From Eledone cirrhosa (lineage: Eukaryota): a stretch of DNA of 64,000 bases. The translations under genes and the position numbers were made by a program. Below are positions 17,597 through 32,481 of this stretch, piece by piece. The stretch lies in assembly GCA_964016885.1 (NCBI GenBank), contig OZ024742.1, positions 4,464,001-4,528,000 of the forward strand. Direction: 5' to 3'. Every line of letters begins with the position of its first letter. The stretch's first letter is position 1. The notes under the pieces were generated by a model. That model was not told where the DNA came from and ran no database searches. It saw nothing but the letters and a program-made list of their open reading frames with translations.

Positions 17597-19052
17597 GTCA
17601 TATGTGGTTGAGTAAAACTATAAAACTGACTGTTCAGTTTTATAGTTGACAGTGGCATTGCGTTTTGTTTGGTCATTTGGCAGGAATTTGTATTTCAAAT
17701 TAAGTTGTTTTGGAACATAACAATGAAATTGTCTTTGTTTTAGTCAGTTCAATATATTGTTCTATGACAGAAAATATTACGACTCGTCAGAGAAATTAAT
17801 TTCTTGACGAATATCCAAAATCTCAAAATTACCTTTTCATTTATTATTTTCAGTTTTGGTTCTTGCCAACCAACACAAAGCGTTAAAATCTATGTTATAA
17901 TTATATTTAGTTTTATTCTGGCAACACTGACTTCCTGATGACATACAGGGTAGTCAAAATATAAGCCTGGATATTATTCCCGTTTAAAATATAGTAGGAG
18001 TGTTTCAGACAATTCCCTGGGAAGGTGTAGCATTGATAAAGCTTTGACAAATCCTAACATTTAATTGCTGCCTTACTTCAACTAGGTTCCAGTTCTATTG
18101 CAATCTATCTGGTGACAGGGGTTGGGATTTAGACTATGAACGTACAGAGCCACAATAGATACCGTAAAATAGCATACCGTCCGACTTTTTAATAACTCCA
18201 CCAATCCATCATCAACTGACATTATATTTATAAACTGCAAAACGATGAAAATCAATGTTGATCTCGGCGTGATTTGAACTCCAGGCGCAAAGAGTCGGAA
18301 CAAATGTCACTCTAACGATTCATTTATGAATACCCCATTAATAGAATTAATATCAGAATGCAAAGAACTCGTTAATATCATTGAATGCGGAGCTGAAAGA
18401 ACCGGAAGAGATGCCGCAAGGCGTTGATCGTTCTAACGATTCTTTCCAAGCGACTGCATTAATGTAGAACTTTCATACTTCTCCATGAAGAGATAGATGG
18501 CTTTGATCATAGATTGGCTCGATCAGAGTTCACCTGGGGAAAAACAACAACAGCAACACTACCAGACATCCTAATCAGATATGACTATAATCCTGCGGAC
18601 TTTTAACTCCTCTAATAGTGATGAAATATGTGTTATTATTTACACTTGCAACATTTTACGTTAAATCACACCTAGGGCTACTTTTCCATTAAACATACTG
18701 GGATCGATAATATATGTACGAGTTCATCATTACATTGATCTAATTAGTTGTACTTATTAGTTGTCCTCGTAAGTTGAATAAGTGCATTTATGTAAGCAAT
18801 AAATATTTACATCTACACTATGTATGAGCAAATTTGCACTGGGGTTTTAATCAGCCTCATTATTCCTCAATGTGTTCACCTTATCCGAGGCTATTCAACC
18901 TGGGAATTTATATTTCTAAACTTAAATATATTAATGTAAAGATCACAGATTCGTTGTAAAATGTTGTTATATATATGGTTTGTGGTATTTGTTCCGGCTC
19001 TCTACGTTCTGATTTCAAATCCTGCCGGGATCATTTATATTTGCCCTTGTCA

Positions 19053-19128
<76 letters not shown>

Positions 19129-19668
19129 CCGTTGAAGAATCTTTGCAAAAATACCTAAAAGTTCTAGATGCTATTTCTCTTCCATTCACCTGTTATCTAA
19201 AAACATTAGCATGTATTTCCTCCTTTTATCTCATGACACCTTACTTTTTATGTTTGCTTTGCACTTTCCATGCTGTCTTGCAACTGCTATATTTAGATTA
19301 ATTGTGTGAAGACAAGCCTACTATTTCTTCTATGTTTCTAGGTCGTTCAAATCATTTGCTTTCACCTTCTAATCAACCTAATTTTAGTATAACCTAATTT
19401 TAGACTATTATAAAGAAACCATTAAGCATTTAGTCTGAGCAATCAAATTATATATGAGGAGGGGAAGGTGGAGTGTTCCTTTCAATTAATAAATCTTATT
19501 GACTTCACAGTTTTATTTCAAACAACCATTCCTGTTTGGACTTTATTCATTTAACTGATCGCCATAATAACAGTAATTGTTGAAAAAGTTCTCCAATGGT
19601 AAAGAATGAAATATATTATTGAAATGTATATATTTATTGTATAGACATACAGACAGATACACAAACAC

Positions 19669-19709
<41 letters not shown>

Positions 19710-19809
19710 AGGAGAGGGAGAGAGAGAGAGAGATCTGAACATGTTCATATAGGAATAAATAAATATATACAGACATATGAACAGATGGATGGAGAGACGA
19801 CACATTTAT

Positions 19810-20037
19810 ATAATTGTTTCTACTTTTGGCACAAGGCCAGCAATTATCTCAGTGTATTACTGGTACTTTATTTTATCGACCCCGTAAGGATGAAAGGCAA
19901 AGTTAACCTCGGCGGGATTTGAACTCAGTCCGTAAAGGGACGTAACTGTGCTGCAAAGCATGGTGTCCAACCCTCTACTGATACTGGAAAAAAAATAGAT
20001 GACAAAGCTACACACATAGATTGTGTGTATATGTATA

Positions 20038-20132
<95 letters not shown>

Positions 20133-20360
20133 GCAAACAAATATAGGTGCATACACACAGATACAATACCAATAAAGGAACAAGTACATAACCTCGAACA
20201 CATAGACTCAGAGACAGGGAAACACTTAACTTCAAACGGACACAGAGGTCAGAGAGAGAATAATTGCTTCTACTTTTGGCACAAGGCCAGCAATTACTCA
20301 GTGCATTACTGGTACTTTATTTTATCGACCCCGTAAGGATGAAAGGCAAAGTAAACCTCA
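19810..20360 (-). mobile_element. tRNA-derived SINE copies (19810-19990; partial 20260-20360)
   Basis: Same core as the other SINE copies. Confidence 0.8.
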
Positions 20361-21721
20361 GAGAGAGAATAATGCATGTACATCATGAAGTGAAAAGTTA
20401 TGATACTAATTTTAATCTCAGAAATACGGTTTGCATTTGCAATATTTCTTTTTCTAAACAAATCCACGTGCACTTGATCTGTCCGCATATAGAAACACAT
20501 ACAGTTCTACACCTACGTGTATTCGTTCTTCAAAATATCTCAGCTCCATACACTATTGCCTTTCTTATGCACCTGCTGTTGTGTTGGCAGAACATAGCAG
20601 TTTTTTTAGTTATTGTTTCTATTCACTGTAGCTACAAAAGTGGATATAGTATCGGTGCAACTATAACAAACTTTTACGTTGCTTTTATCTAATACTTTGT
20701 GGAGTTTGCAGCTGTTGGTGTTGGTGGCAGTCGTGGTAATGGCGGGCAAAATGTTTGTTTGAAACTGTCAGCAAATTTCTAGTTATGTTGCATGCTTCGT
20801 TCATCCTAAAGATGTATTTCCTTTTATGTTTCTATTATTGCCGATCCGTATGTTATGTATTGTAACTTTTTTTTTTTTTTTGTGAATCCGTTTCTTTTTG
20901 TACATCGTTGTAGCTATGATCAACACGATTGAATTTTTCTTTGTTCTGTTAATGTTGTTGACGAGAATTTTACGATTGTAGAGGGGCTGTTTGGAATTTC
21001 TATTGATGAGAAATAGATGTTGTGTTTCTTTTTTATTATATCTGTGCGGGTGGTATTTATCAGTATTTAAACCTAATGTATTATCAAAGTTGTATACAGT
21101 GTGTATTTTGTTTATTTCTAAGATAAACATCTCTACTTTACCTTTCATCCGTCTGGAATCTATGAACAATATGATCTAATTGACTGTGTCTCCTACGTCG
21201 AGGGTATTTCTACCCTGGTGTGGCTTGCTATTTCGTCGGTTTGAATAAGTACCAGTAAGATACTGAGGTATATTTAGATTGTTTTCTCTGAGAATGTATA
21301 TTTTAATTATATTAAATCATACATCGTTCGCATTCATCCACGCGGTAGATTCTGTTGTCTACACAATCTTATCTGTCTTATATTGTGTATATCGAGTAGT
21401 ATCTATAGAGGTTTGTGTAGTATTTTGTTGTTGTTGTTCAGAGCAAGGTAAGCTATAGGGTGCTGAGTGGGAGAAGCTAGAATATGATAAAATAAAATAA
21501 ACGAGATAAAACCTATTTTAAGATGGTATATACATATATTATCGTATACATAGAGTAGCGTATATATATATGATAGCTTATACATATTGTACATTATACA
21601 TATACTTGCATATATATGTCGCCTTATACTTATTTTACTATATATATATGACAGCATTTACATAGTGTAGTATTTACATATAGTTGATATGTTAGTGTAT
21701 ACATATAATGAATTATATATG

Positions 21722-21912
21722 TAATTGTTTCTACTTTTGGCACAAGGCCAGCAATTATCCCAGTGTATTACTGGTACTTTATTTTATCGACCCTTTAAGG
21801 ATGAAAGGCAAAGTTAACCTCGGCGGGTTTTGAACTCAGTCCGTAAAACGACGTAACTGTGCTGCAAAGCATGCCGTCCGACCCTCTACTGATACTGCCA
21901 ATCCACCGCCCT
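21722..21912 (-). mobile_element. Near full-length tRNA-derived SINE
   Basis: Minus strand: gggcggtggattggcagtatcag...gagttcaaaacccgcc...gcctttcatcc...gtcgataaaataaagtaccag. Confidence 0.85.
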
Positions 21913-22581
21913 TATATATGTAATAGCATATAAATATCGATGGATCTCCATCAATTTCGACGGTGATCAGCTGAACGGCCTTCTCATGAAATAAACGTGT
22001 AAATAACTGAGCATTCCACATATGTGTGCCCAGAACGTAGTACCAAGGGAGATTCAGCGTGAGAGAAGACCCTTTGAATTACAGGTACAGTTCAAACGAC
22101 AGACTGGCAAACAGTTTCCATCTTGTCATTTCACTCACAAATCATGGGTTGTCTCGAGACTGTGGTAAATGATGTTTTCCCAAGATGCTACAAATGGAAT
22201 CAAATATGGCAGCTAATAACTGCGTAACGAGCGCTTTAACCATTCTGTAGTGCTACATCATATGGTAGTGAATACATATGGTAGTTTATATATACAGTAG
22301 TATGTACGTAGAACAGCGCGTATAAACAGCGCATGTTAGCATATATATATATATATAATATATATATATATATGAGATGTGAGAAAAATCACAGACCCTC
22401 CATCTCAACTCACCTTTTGAAAAGCAGAAGAATTGCGAAACCAGTAAAGGAACCAAATAAATATATATATTTTTAAAAAAAATAAGACTCCAGTTGCATT
22501 TTCGATTTCATCTCTTTTTCTTTATACTTTCACTCGTGTAGGACACCTCGGTTATTTTTCATTTTGTAAAAAAAAACTCAC

Positions 22582-22612
<31 letters not shown>

Positions 22613-22614
<2 letters not shown>

Positions 22615-22978
22615 CGATATAAAACAAATGGAAACTACATTTATAAAACCATATTTATTTCATTACATATATTTCAAGGATATCATATTAAAAATATGGT
22701 ATGCCCTCTTCAGATAAAATACAATATATAAACAGTTTTATAAATAAATTTGACATACCTTAGAATTTTTACAACTTCCATTTAAAAAGTTGTTATAACA
22801 ACTTTTTAAATGGAAGTTGTAAAAATTCTAAGGTATGTCAAATTTATTTATAAAACTGTTTATATATTGTATTTTATCTGAAGAGGGCATACCATATTTT
22901 TAATATGATATCCTTGAAATATATGTAATGAAATAAATATGGTTTTATAAATGTAGTTTCCATTTGTTTTATATCGTA
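22613..22978. repeat. 366 bp spacer-less palindrome of HHR repeat family C
   Basis: Centre tgtta|taaca at 22795/22796, arms reverse-complementary out to 22613/22978. Family also at ~38937-39075 and ~41960-42100. Confidence 0.9.
22870..22935 (+). ncRNA. Type I hammerhead (mirror copy on minus strand at 22656-22721)
   Basis: tattttat-CTGAAGA-[imperfect stem II with catatt/aatatg]-GAAA-tatat-GTA-atgaaata, with an 8 bp stem I. Confidence 0.65.
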
Positions 22979-23062
22979 AAATACTCCAAAACTTGTTGAG
23001 TGCTTTTATATCAGTTATAAAATATTTACTCGTTGTAACCCAACAATTTTAAATAAAACTTT

Positions 23063-23161
<99 letters not shown>

Positions 23162-23244
23162 GTATATATATATATTATATATATATATATAATATATAAC
23201 AAAGGAGAGGCACAAAAACAAAGAAAAGAATATATATATACAGT

Positions 23245-23345
23245 GAAGGCGCATGGCTGAGTGGTTGTGAGGTTGTGCGTTCGATTCCCGGACCGGGTGA
23301 TGCATTATGTCCTTGGGAAAGAGACTTTATTTCACGTTGGTACAT
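23245..23345 (+). mobile_element. Second tRNA-derived SINE type, 5' fragment
   Basis: A-box TGGCTGAGTGG and B-box GTTCGATTCC, followed by gtccttgggaaag. Confidence 0.55.
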
Positions 23346-24324
23346 CTACCAGGAGTTGCGACCGATAGATAGTATTAGCAATTAGAAAGACCAATAGAAA
23401 CATTGTTTCCTCGGTCCAATTTGACGAAAGTTGATCGAGTGTTTATATACATATATTGCTCTACGCGTATACATAAACTGGCATATTATGAATTCATGCA
23501 TTTCTTTTTTATTTTACATAGCTTTATGTAGTTTATTGTAATAAATCTCGTATTTTTGAGCTATTATCCTTCACCAACCTTTATCTGTTTTCGCATTTGA
23601 AACCGAATTACTATATATATATATATATATATATATAAGTAGAAGTTGTATTTAATATCATTATATTTATATATATATATATATTAAATAGATGATGGAT
23701 AAATCGGTATTTATGCTTTTGACATCAAATGAATATCTAGGATGAAATAAGAAAGTTTTCACCTTGTAATTTTGGTCTTCATTACGTATTGCACTTATAT
23801 AGACATTCTTGTTGCTATTCTGCTAGAGATGAAAGTATAATCCCATAAAGTTCAAGAATTCAATGATCTTACATATTTTAATATATTATACCTCAGTAGA
23901 TATATCTTACTAAGAGGCACGCTGTTGGGGAGGTATTCTCGCTTACATTTACATATAAAGATTGACATGGAATCGACTGACATCGGCTTCGATGAAGGCG
24001 AGTGTTCCAGCTGTTTGATAAACGGAATAGCCTACTCAAGAAATAATGGAATTAATGTGCAAGTGACAGAGCATTCCAAAGACTCTTCAAACATTAATGT
24101 AATCCTCGGGTATATTCAGCGTGACACTGACATTTGAATTACAGGAAGATTTTATCTGACGGGCTTGAAAACAGCTTGACTCAAAAATCTAGTGAATGAC
24201 ATTTGCGCAAAACGCCGCGCGGTAAATCAAGAAACCAAGGATCTTTATTTTGAGAACCGAAATCCTTAACTATCCAGCAAGGCTGCGACAATAATACACA
24301 CATACACACACAACGTTGATTTTA

Positions 24325-24530
24325 TGCTTTCTGATTTAGGCACAAAGCCAACAATTGTGGGGGGAGTCTATTAAATCTAGCCCAATATGTACTTTATTTT
24401 ATCGAACTTGTAGGGTTAAAGGCAAAGCTAACCGCGGCAGAATTTGAACTCATAATGTAATGGGTCGTAAATCTATGCCACGAAGCATGGTGTCCAACGC
24501 TTTACCTAGACTGCCAATCCACCACCATTG
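24325..24530 (-). mobile_element. tRNA-derived SINE (diverged)
   Basis: Same core as 21722-21912. Confidence 0.7.
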
Positions 24531-24740
24531 CCTTTCACATATATGAGAATTATTGCTTAACTTCCAGCATTTGCGAAGATTTTTCTAAAATATTTTTATA
24601 TCGGCTGCAGTTAAACAATTACAGTAAAAGAATAAAGGAATTAAATATATGAGTGTATTTCTTGCTACTATAAGTAGATAGATTGACATTAAATGGTTTT
24701 ATCGTGAAATACCTATGACAATTATCGTTCTTATTTCAAT

Positions 24741-24868
<128 letters not shown>

Positions 24869-25236
24869 AAATGTAAGTGTGTGTAAGTATTCCAGATTCA
24901 ATGAAATAAATATTACAGAGTTTAGCACTCGTTTCGGTTTCATGAAAGGAATACGTCGAAGTATCAGCTATAGGGTTAGAGAGAGAAAGAGAGGGGTATA
25001 GACAGAGAACATAAAGATAGATTTGTATATATATATATATAATATTATTTATGTCCCGTGTATGAACATAAATAATTGTTTCTACTTTAGGCACAAGGCC
25101 AGCAATTACTCAGTTCATTACTGGTACTTTATGTATGAACATAAATAATATAATAATATATCAGCTATCATCTCTGATTGAGCAATGTTTTCCTTTTTCC
25201 TTTTTCACACTTACAGATATTTACTACACACACACT

Positions 25237-25293
<57 letters not shown>

Positions 25294-25707
25294 ATCGTGA
25301 CATCTCAGCTATCTATTTATTTCAATTAAATAGATTTCAATTACGCTACCACACCACACTGCAGCGCTCCTTCTATTATTATACTATTTAATGGTAGTCT
25401 GGCTGCGTGACCGGAATTACACTTTTGTGATTGATTGCATTTCAAATGTTTTACACAAACAACGATAGGCTTTTTTCCTTTTTTCTGTTTTCTCGTTCTG
25501 TTGATGCTGACACCAATAAATTTATAATTCTAAAGTAACCAATATCTGTAGGCGCATCATGGCACAGTGTTTTGAGGTGTTCGCTAGGCAACCACGTGGT
25601 TTCGGATTCAGCCCTATTGTGAGACACCTTGGACAAGTAACTTCCGCTATAATCTTGGGTTGACCTATGTTGTATTGTGTGAGCGAAATTTGGTACAGAA
25701 ACCCATC

Positions 25708-25795
<88 letters not shown>

Positions 25796-25844
25796 CTGTG
25801 TATGTTTCTGTGAAGAAACTCAACTACTACTATCATGACTACAT

Positions 25845-26190
25845 ACCTATCTCTATATATACACAAGAATTCATTCTCCAATCCCCTTCTTAGCAAGGAA
25901 GATGGAAAAAACACTTACCCCAACGCTTAATTTTAAATCTTTAATTTTTAGTTTTTAAATCTTATTAATTCTTTTTAATTGTAATACCCAACATTTGATA
26001 AGATGAATTTTAATAATACATCGAAACCGGTAATACTTTATATACTTTATTTACTTTTTATACATGATAAAACTCTTTTTTAAAAGAAGTGTCCGTCTCA
26101 TTTTTCAATGTCATTTTGACGAATCAAAGACAGGATAAAAAAGAAAAACAGGCCCTAAAATATATTTTCCAACTTCACCTTATCTTTCTC
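25845..26190 (+). repeat. Dispersed repeat, second copy ~37960-38295
   Basis: Shared atacacaagaa.tcattct...aatacatcgaaaccggtaatactttatatacttt...ttgacgaatcaa. Confidence 0.7.
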
Positions 26191-26194
26191 TCTG

Positions 26195-26238
<44 letters not shown>

Positions 26239-27277
26239 GTGTCGATTGTCTCAAGAGTTCAGGTTTGTTTTTAGGGTTTGCAGATATAAGCAAGAATAAA
26301 TGAAAGAAGGAAAGTAAATAAAAATACAAATATAGGTATAAACAATACCTTCTATTTTCATCAAGTCACCCAAAACACGCGAAATCGAACATTCCGCTTA
26401 ACATGGCAAAAAGAACTATAATATCGGATCCGATTAAACGTAACCAAAGACTGAATGAACAGAAAAGTATCCGAAGAGCCTTCCTATTTTGGCATAATCA
26501 CCATCGGAATAAAAAAGGATAACATATAAATATCCAAGTGCCAGTGACAACAAAAAACAAAACTATAAAACATTTAAATGTTGTTTCAACACTTAACCAT
26601 GCCGTTCATCTGATAATGATAAAGAAGAAGAGAGTCACTTATTTTTACTTTCTATATCCAACAGTTACCCAAAGGTTTTTCTTATTTCATCAATAGCCTT
26701 TCTATTATTATAGGAACAACCAAGAAGCCCATTTTGAAATTACATATACATGGATTTCCAGAAATTCTAATAAAAAATGTCTAATCAAAAAAATGTATAT
26801 AAAGGATAACAGTTTCCATAACAACACAATGTGATATCTCTTTCAGAATATTATTGGCGGGTGTAAATGTTAAACACCCAGTTAAAATTATTATAGTTAT
26901 AACAATCTCTATTGTGGTTCTATTCAGAATTTCTGAGATAAATTCTTGTCATTTTTCTTTTGTTGATATTCGTGTTGTTCCTATTGCTACTGCTGCTGTT
27001 GTTGTTATTGTTGTCAATGATAATATAGCAACTGTTATTGAAGTCGTCCTTGTTGTTATTGTTATAAATGATAATGTAGTTTCTATTATTGTAGTAGTCC
27101 ATGTTGTGGTTGTTTTTGTTTTCGCCTATATCAGGAACTGTTATTTATGTACAAATTACACCACACTGTCAGAACAACTACAGAAATAATTTACTGCAGT
27201 AATGAAAACAAAGCATGATATTTCAGAAATACCCTCAAGCTGTATTTTTCTCCCATTTTCCTGCTTTCCCTTGTTAG

Positions 27278-27367
<90 letters not shown>

Positions 27368-28639
27368 ATTATTTCTATATTTCTCTGTCCTACTATTCAG
27401 TCTTCTACAAGATGGTAGCTTCTGTTTCTATCTTTCATCCCTAATATGCTACTCATTTCTCCCCGATTTTAAATATCTCTCTCCTAATTATGGAACATAA
27501 TTTAAACCCTTAAACATGTCATGTGATTGTCGTACTTGTTGACTCCTGTTGTTGTTGGTGGTGTTGTTCTTCTTCTTCTCCATCTCGGTGTTCTTGCCCC
27601 TCCCCTATCTTTAATATCTCCTCCTACTATTCCAAAGAGCCACCAAGGTGTCTCTACAGCTTCACTCATTTGTTATTAATCGCCATCAGATATCCTTCAA
27701 ATCTCACATTACCCTTTCAAAGAACAAACATGAAAGTACATATATATATATATCCAGGGAGTGTAACTTGGAGTTACTGTAGATTCACCCGGGTGAGCAC
27801 TCCATTTTTAGGTTCACTTCTGTGTCGAGGTGTAGAGCTAGACAGTGAAATAAGATAACAATGACGATTGCTTAATGTTAATGGAAAAATGAATATATGA
27901 ATGTATTCAGTTTCCCATTAACATTACAAGACAAAACCTATATATTTGTTAGCATAAGTATGCATCTGTGTATATATATGTTACTAGATATATTAATTCT
28001 TTATAATTATCTCCAAATTATTTTGTCGAGCAAAAATTGGCCAAAACTGCTACTATAGTAACGGTCCGGCTGCTGTCTTCTTAACAAACCACTCTTCACT
28101 GATTGACCTCGATGTCACGTGACTGATTCTTTTGAATTTGCCACCGACGCTGTAGGCAGTGATTTTTTCAATGGCTTGGAATTTAGTCCACGCTTTGCTT
28201 TTTCCCATCCACTGAATTATTTTTGTATAAGTTCCCTGTGTCCACGTATTGCCTGGAAACTTAGCTGAGAATAGACTTCCCTGATGACGAAAGGCTTCTC
28301 CGTACGTTTTTTCGGAAAATATGTTTATTCCCTTTCATAAACTAATTAGTTGGAGTCACATTTTAGTAAGTAAGTTAATTTTATAATTTTCTTATTTTAC
28401 GTCTCTCATATATATATATACTTAATACATTAACAGAGAAACCTTTTAGCGATACTCTGACCAACCCCCATCTCACTCAACAAACATTAGGATATACCTG
28501 AGTATAATCCCAATTATACGTTTGGGGTGCTAACTATATTCTATTTCGTGGATAGTCGGCTGTATTATTTTATATGAGACATAATAAATAAATCTCTCTT
28601 TCCATGCGATCGTTTCGTTATAAAATTTCTACAAGGTGG

Positions 28640-31600
28640 GAAAATAATGTCCAAGTTTATTGTGTTGTATCAGATGAAAGAATGGTATTTAACTAATGTA
28701 TTGGTACGCGATGGGGCCCACCCACAGCCCCGGCGGCAGAATGGAGAAGGCGTTTTCCGGAGGATGACAAGGGAGACGCGTTGGAAAAGCCACTCCAACT
28801 CGCGGGGCTCACACCTGCGGCTGGTCAGCTCAGCGCCTATGGTGGTGAGTAAGAAGGTAGCCCTGGGGCCGAGGACACCAGAAGTTTCCACTGCCAGGGG
28901 AACAACCGCAAACCTGTCGGAGAGTGACCGGTATTTGAGGAGTTTGGCCCTTCAGCCCGACGTGCAGCAGAACCTGGGTCAGTCGCAGACTGCACCAGGT
29001 TGCGGCTGCAGAAAGTGTCGGTGCAAGTGGAATCCCAGATGAGGGGTTTGCCACCGCGGAACGGGAAGATGGTCATGCCATCTGGCCTTTTGACGTCCCC
29101 TCGATCCAGCCCCACCGGCTCGAGCTGGGAAGGGAAGCCTGCAGCGTCCAAGCCATGCTTAATGACCTCGTTGAAGGCAGTATGGCGTGGAATGCGGCCG
29201 GCACTGTGGTGACAGGAAAGCGGGTGGAGGCTAAAAGCGTCCACGATGGAACCGCAGCGACATTGGTGTGGCTGGCAGATCCGGAGGCCGAGCCTCAGGG
29301 AAACGCCGATTCGCAGGCTATGGTTGTCTAGCTGCGTGCCAGTGGAGAAGGAGGGCAGAGCATTGAACCAGGCACCACTGTGGGGTTTGGAGGCCGCACG
29401 AAAACAAGCAAGGCGGTGCTGGTCGAGCTGGCGCGTGAGCCTGTCTGAGGCCAGGCTGCACTGGATGGCATCCCAAGTGCGTTGGGGGGACTTGACGTCA
29501 ACAGGGGGAGAAGGAGGAGGGACGTCTACTGGGCTAAGTCCCAGCCGGTCCCACGTCTCACAGGCGGCCTCACGTTCTCTGAACACAAAGAGTTCTGTTG
29601 TGTTTTTTGAAGAACCCTGCTGACGGGGACGCAGCACGAGGTTACCGATGAAAGATACGCCGGAAAAGCTAGTGAGATCGGGGACCGCAGGCCTAGGCCG
29701 CCATACCTGAGCGGTAAAGTTGCCTGTTGCCACCCTATGTCGTGAAACTTGACGTTTCATATCCCCTCGGCTGCGGCTCGGACACAAGTATCGAGGTCAG
29801 CGAGGAGAGATGTCTGGGTGTAGCATGGAGCGCTGCGGAGTGTATAGAGGAGATTCTGCATGGCGAAGCAGTTCCTCGGCAGAAAGAGAGCTGGGTGGCC
29901 GTCTATCAAGCCCAGTCGGCTCGTGAGAGTCTGTAGCTGTTAAAACCTGAACCTGATGGTGGAGCGGATGGCCGGCGGATGGATCGGTGACCCGAGGATG
30001 AGGATATCCTCTTTAGGGTCACCTGAACCTGGCGGAGAATGAACCGCACGTCAAAGACGGAGGCTGCAAAGCTCGCAGCATCGAGGCTGACGTTCACCAC
30101 CTCCGACTTGGCCGAGTTGACCTGGAGGCCGATTCCCGCCAGGGAAGGAATCACCGATTGAAGGTCTTGGCAGATCGTCCGTACGGGCCCGCCCAACGTA
30201 GCATCATTCAGATACCAAACATTGAGAGGGGCCGTGATACTCCGGGCGATATGGTCAATACCAAGGGCGAACAGGAGGGGTCCCAAACGGTCGCCCTGTT
30301 GGACCCCAGTAGCCGAGGGTATGAACGTAGCAGCTAGGAGCATTCTCGGGGTTCCATATCACAGGTAGGACAGCGGGTAGGCAGAGGGGGCTCGCCTCGA
30401 GCAGATGATCCCGGCAGGCCTCGAGCAGATGATCCCGGCGTAAAGAGTTAAAGGCATTCCTCATGTCAAGCTTGACAATGAGATGCCTGGAGTCCCTGGA
30501 TGCCGGTACCGATGGGCAGCTGCTGAAGAACTGCCTGATTGCATGAGAGGCTCCCTCACAGCCACCGGACACGCCGACACCCAGTTGCACCGGACTAAAC
30601 TCCTCAACCAGTTCGTGTGTGACGGACTTGCAGATCACCTTGGCCAGCCTCCGGAAGACATTGCCCAGAGCAATGGGGCGTATGCCACCCTCTTTCTTCC
30701 TGAGAGCGGTGAGGCTGGCCGAAAAAAAGGAGGCCTCGGGCGTAAGGGTCGAGGGCACCATGAATGAGCCTATTGGTGAGCGCTACAATTGCACTCAGAA
30801 GGCGGCGCCCGGCCTCAGCGGAGAGGGGGGATGTCAACTCCTTGAGGTGGCCTGGTCGGAGACCATCAACACCTCCGCAGCTGCTAGCTGGGAAGGACCT
30901 GATGGCCGACATGATATCTGCATCAGTAGCCACAAGGAGCAGGTGGGGGTCGAGTGGGGGTATGGGTCTGAGATCAGTGGGTGGCTCAGGGTGTTTGAGC
31001 CGCAGAGCAGCCAGGATCTCCTCGGTTGGTTGGAGGACAGTGTCCTGTGAGGCAACAACTCTGACTGCGTCCGAGACATCACCCATGATAAGCTTTGCGT
31101 TTACCCTGTCACGTATACGCTTGGCGCTGGCCTCGGGGTTGAGGATAGGGGGTGCCTGGCGTCCCTGGGCACGCTTGGAATCGGCGCTCGCCCAAATGAC
31201 GAGACATTGGCCTTGACGAAGGCTGCTGTTGACCGGCCGCCCCGGTCAGCGCCAGAGCTGGGGAGGCCGAGGGCGAGTGGGGCGAAATAGAACAGCCGCT
31301 CCCAGTCACTGGCTCGATTAGAGTCCAGGGCGCTCTCAATCGAGGAAGCGAGGGCATCGGCTACCGGCACCCGTGCCGCTCTCGGGATCCTGAGTGGGAT
31401 CTTCCGGAGCCGCCTGAGCCGAGCGATGTTGACCAGCGAGGCTCAGGCGTCAGGCAAGCTCGCTGTCCCATCTGGTGGTGTGCCAGACGGCTGTGGCTGG
31501 GAAGACGTGGGGAAGAGGCAGCTCCTGCACCTCCACGCTGCGAGGGCATTGGAAGCTCGACGAGTCAAGCCAACGCAGGTGAGGTGGTGGAAGCAGCCGC

Positions 31601-31900
31601 ACACCAAACAGTTCCGGCCCCTCTTCCGTTTGTTAGTGGTGCCGCAAGTGTTGCAGGTGTCGATTTGGAGGGGTGGTGGATGGGGCGTGGGGCCGGGGAC
31701 TGGGGCACCGAGTGGAATCAGGGGTGCGTGGCTGGTGTGTGTGGGTGGAAGGGAAAGTGCTGGTAAGAGGGCAGCATAGCTCACCTATATATATGGAGGT
31801 GCCAGAAAACGAGAGCGAAAAGGGGCTGCATGGAGGGGGAGACACAGGAAGGTAGAATGGCAGTAAAAGAATGAGTGAATGGATGTACACAAAAAAGGGG
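28640..31900 (-). mobile_element. CRE-like non-LTR retrotransposon (PHD finger, RT, restriction-like endonuclease), multiply frameshifted
   Basis: PHD: CNTC...CLVCGCFHHLTC...WRCRSC (31443-31784). RT: GGVDGLRP, GGIRPIALG, QLGVG, LDMRNAFNS, GVQQGDRLGPLLF, WYLND. C-terminus: CRCG..HPLSC...RH...RPDG...WDSTC. Confidence 0.88.
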
Positions 31901-32481
31901 GGGGGACTAGGAGTTGTTCCCAGCGGATACGCTGTGTGTGTGTTTATATGACAGACTAATATACACTTTATTTATCAACTTGGATGGTCCATGGTGGAAG
32001 GACACGGAAAAAATGGGAGATTTCCTTGATAATGGATAGAAATCCGAAACATTTTGTGACTAATAAATTGCTAAGGTAACTTGGAATGACTCTTCCATCC
32101 TCCGGGGAAACGCCTTCTTCATCCTGTCCGCTGGGCCCATGGGGGGGGGGGAGCAGTACGTGGGACCCATTTGCTCATAATAGAGAGAGATGGGGAGGCC
32201 GAGAGAGATGTAGCTGATGACATTGGGAGTTCGGTTCTTCTGTATTCGGACTTGGCGTGTAAGGATGAAATGATTCATAATTACTTATAACTAGTCTTAA
32301 AGTTGTCCTCGTTACAAACTACATACGGTTTTATTTGGACTTTCTTACTCGTTTCTTCTACTCTCACTTTTGGCTCATCTCTCTTTATCTATCTATCTAT
32401 CTATCTCCCCCTCTCTCTCTTACTATCTATCTATCTATCTATTTCCCTATCTATTTCCCTATCTATCTATCTATCTATCTT

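Noticed and set aside
21722-21912. tRNA genes at A/B-box motifs
   Set aside because: No cloverleaf; these are SINE heads followed by a shared core.
28275-28335. CTGATGA-stem-GAAA motif
   Set aside because: Stem II is plausible but there is no stem I partner next to a NUH site.
32205-32290. CTGATGA...GAAAtgattcATA hammerhead-like motif
   Set aside because: The stem II base pair and stem I register fail, and it is single copy.
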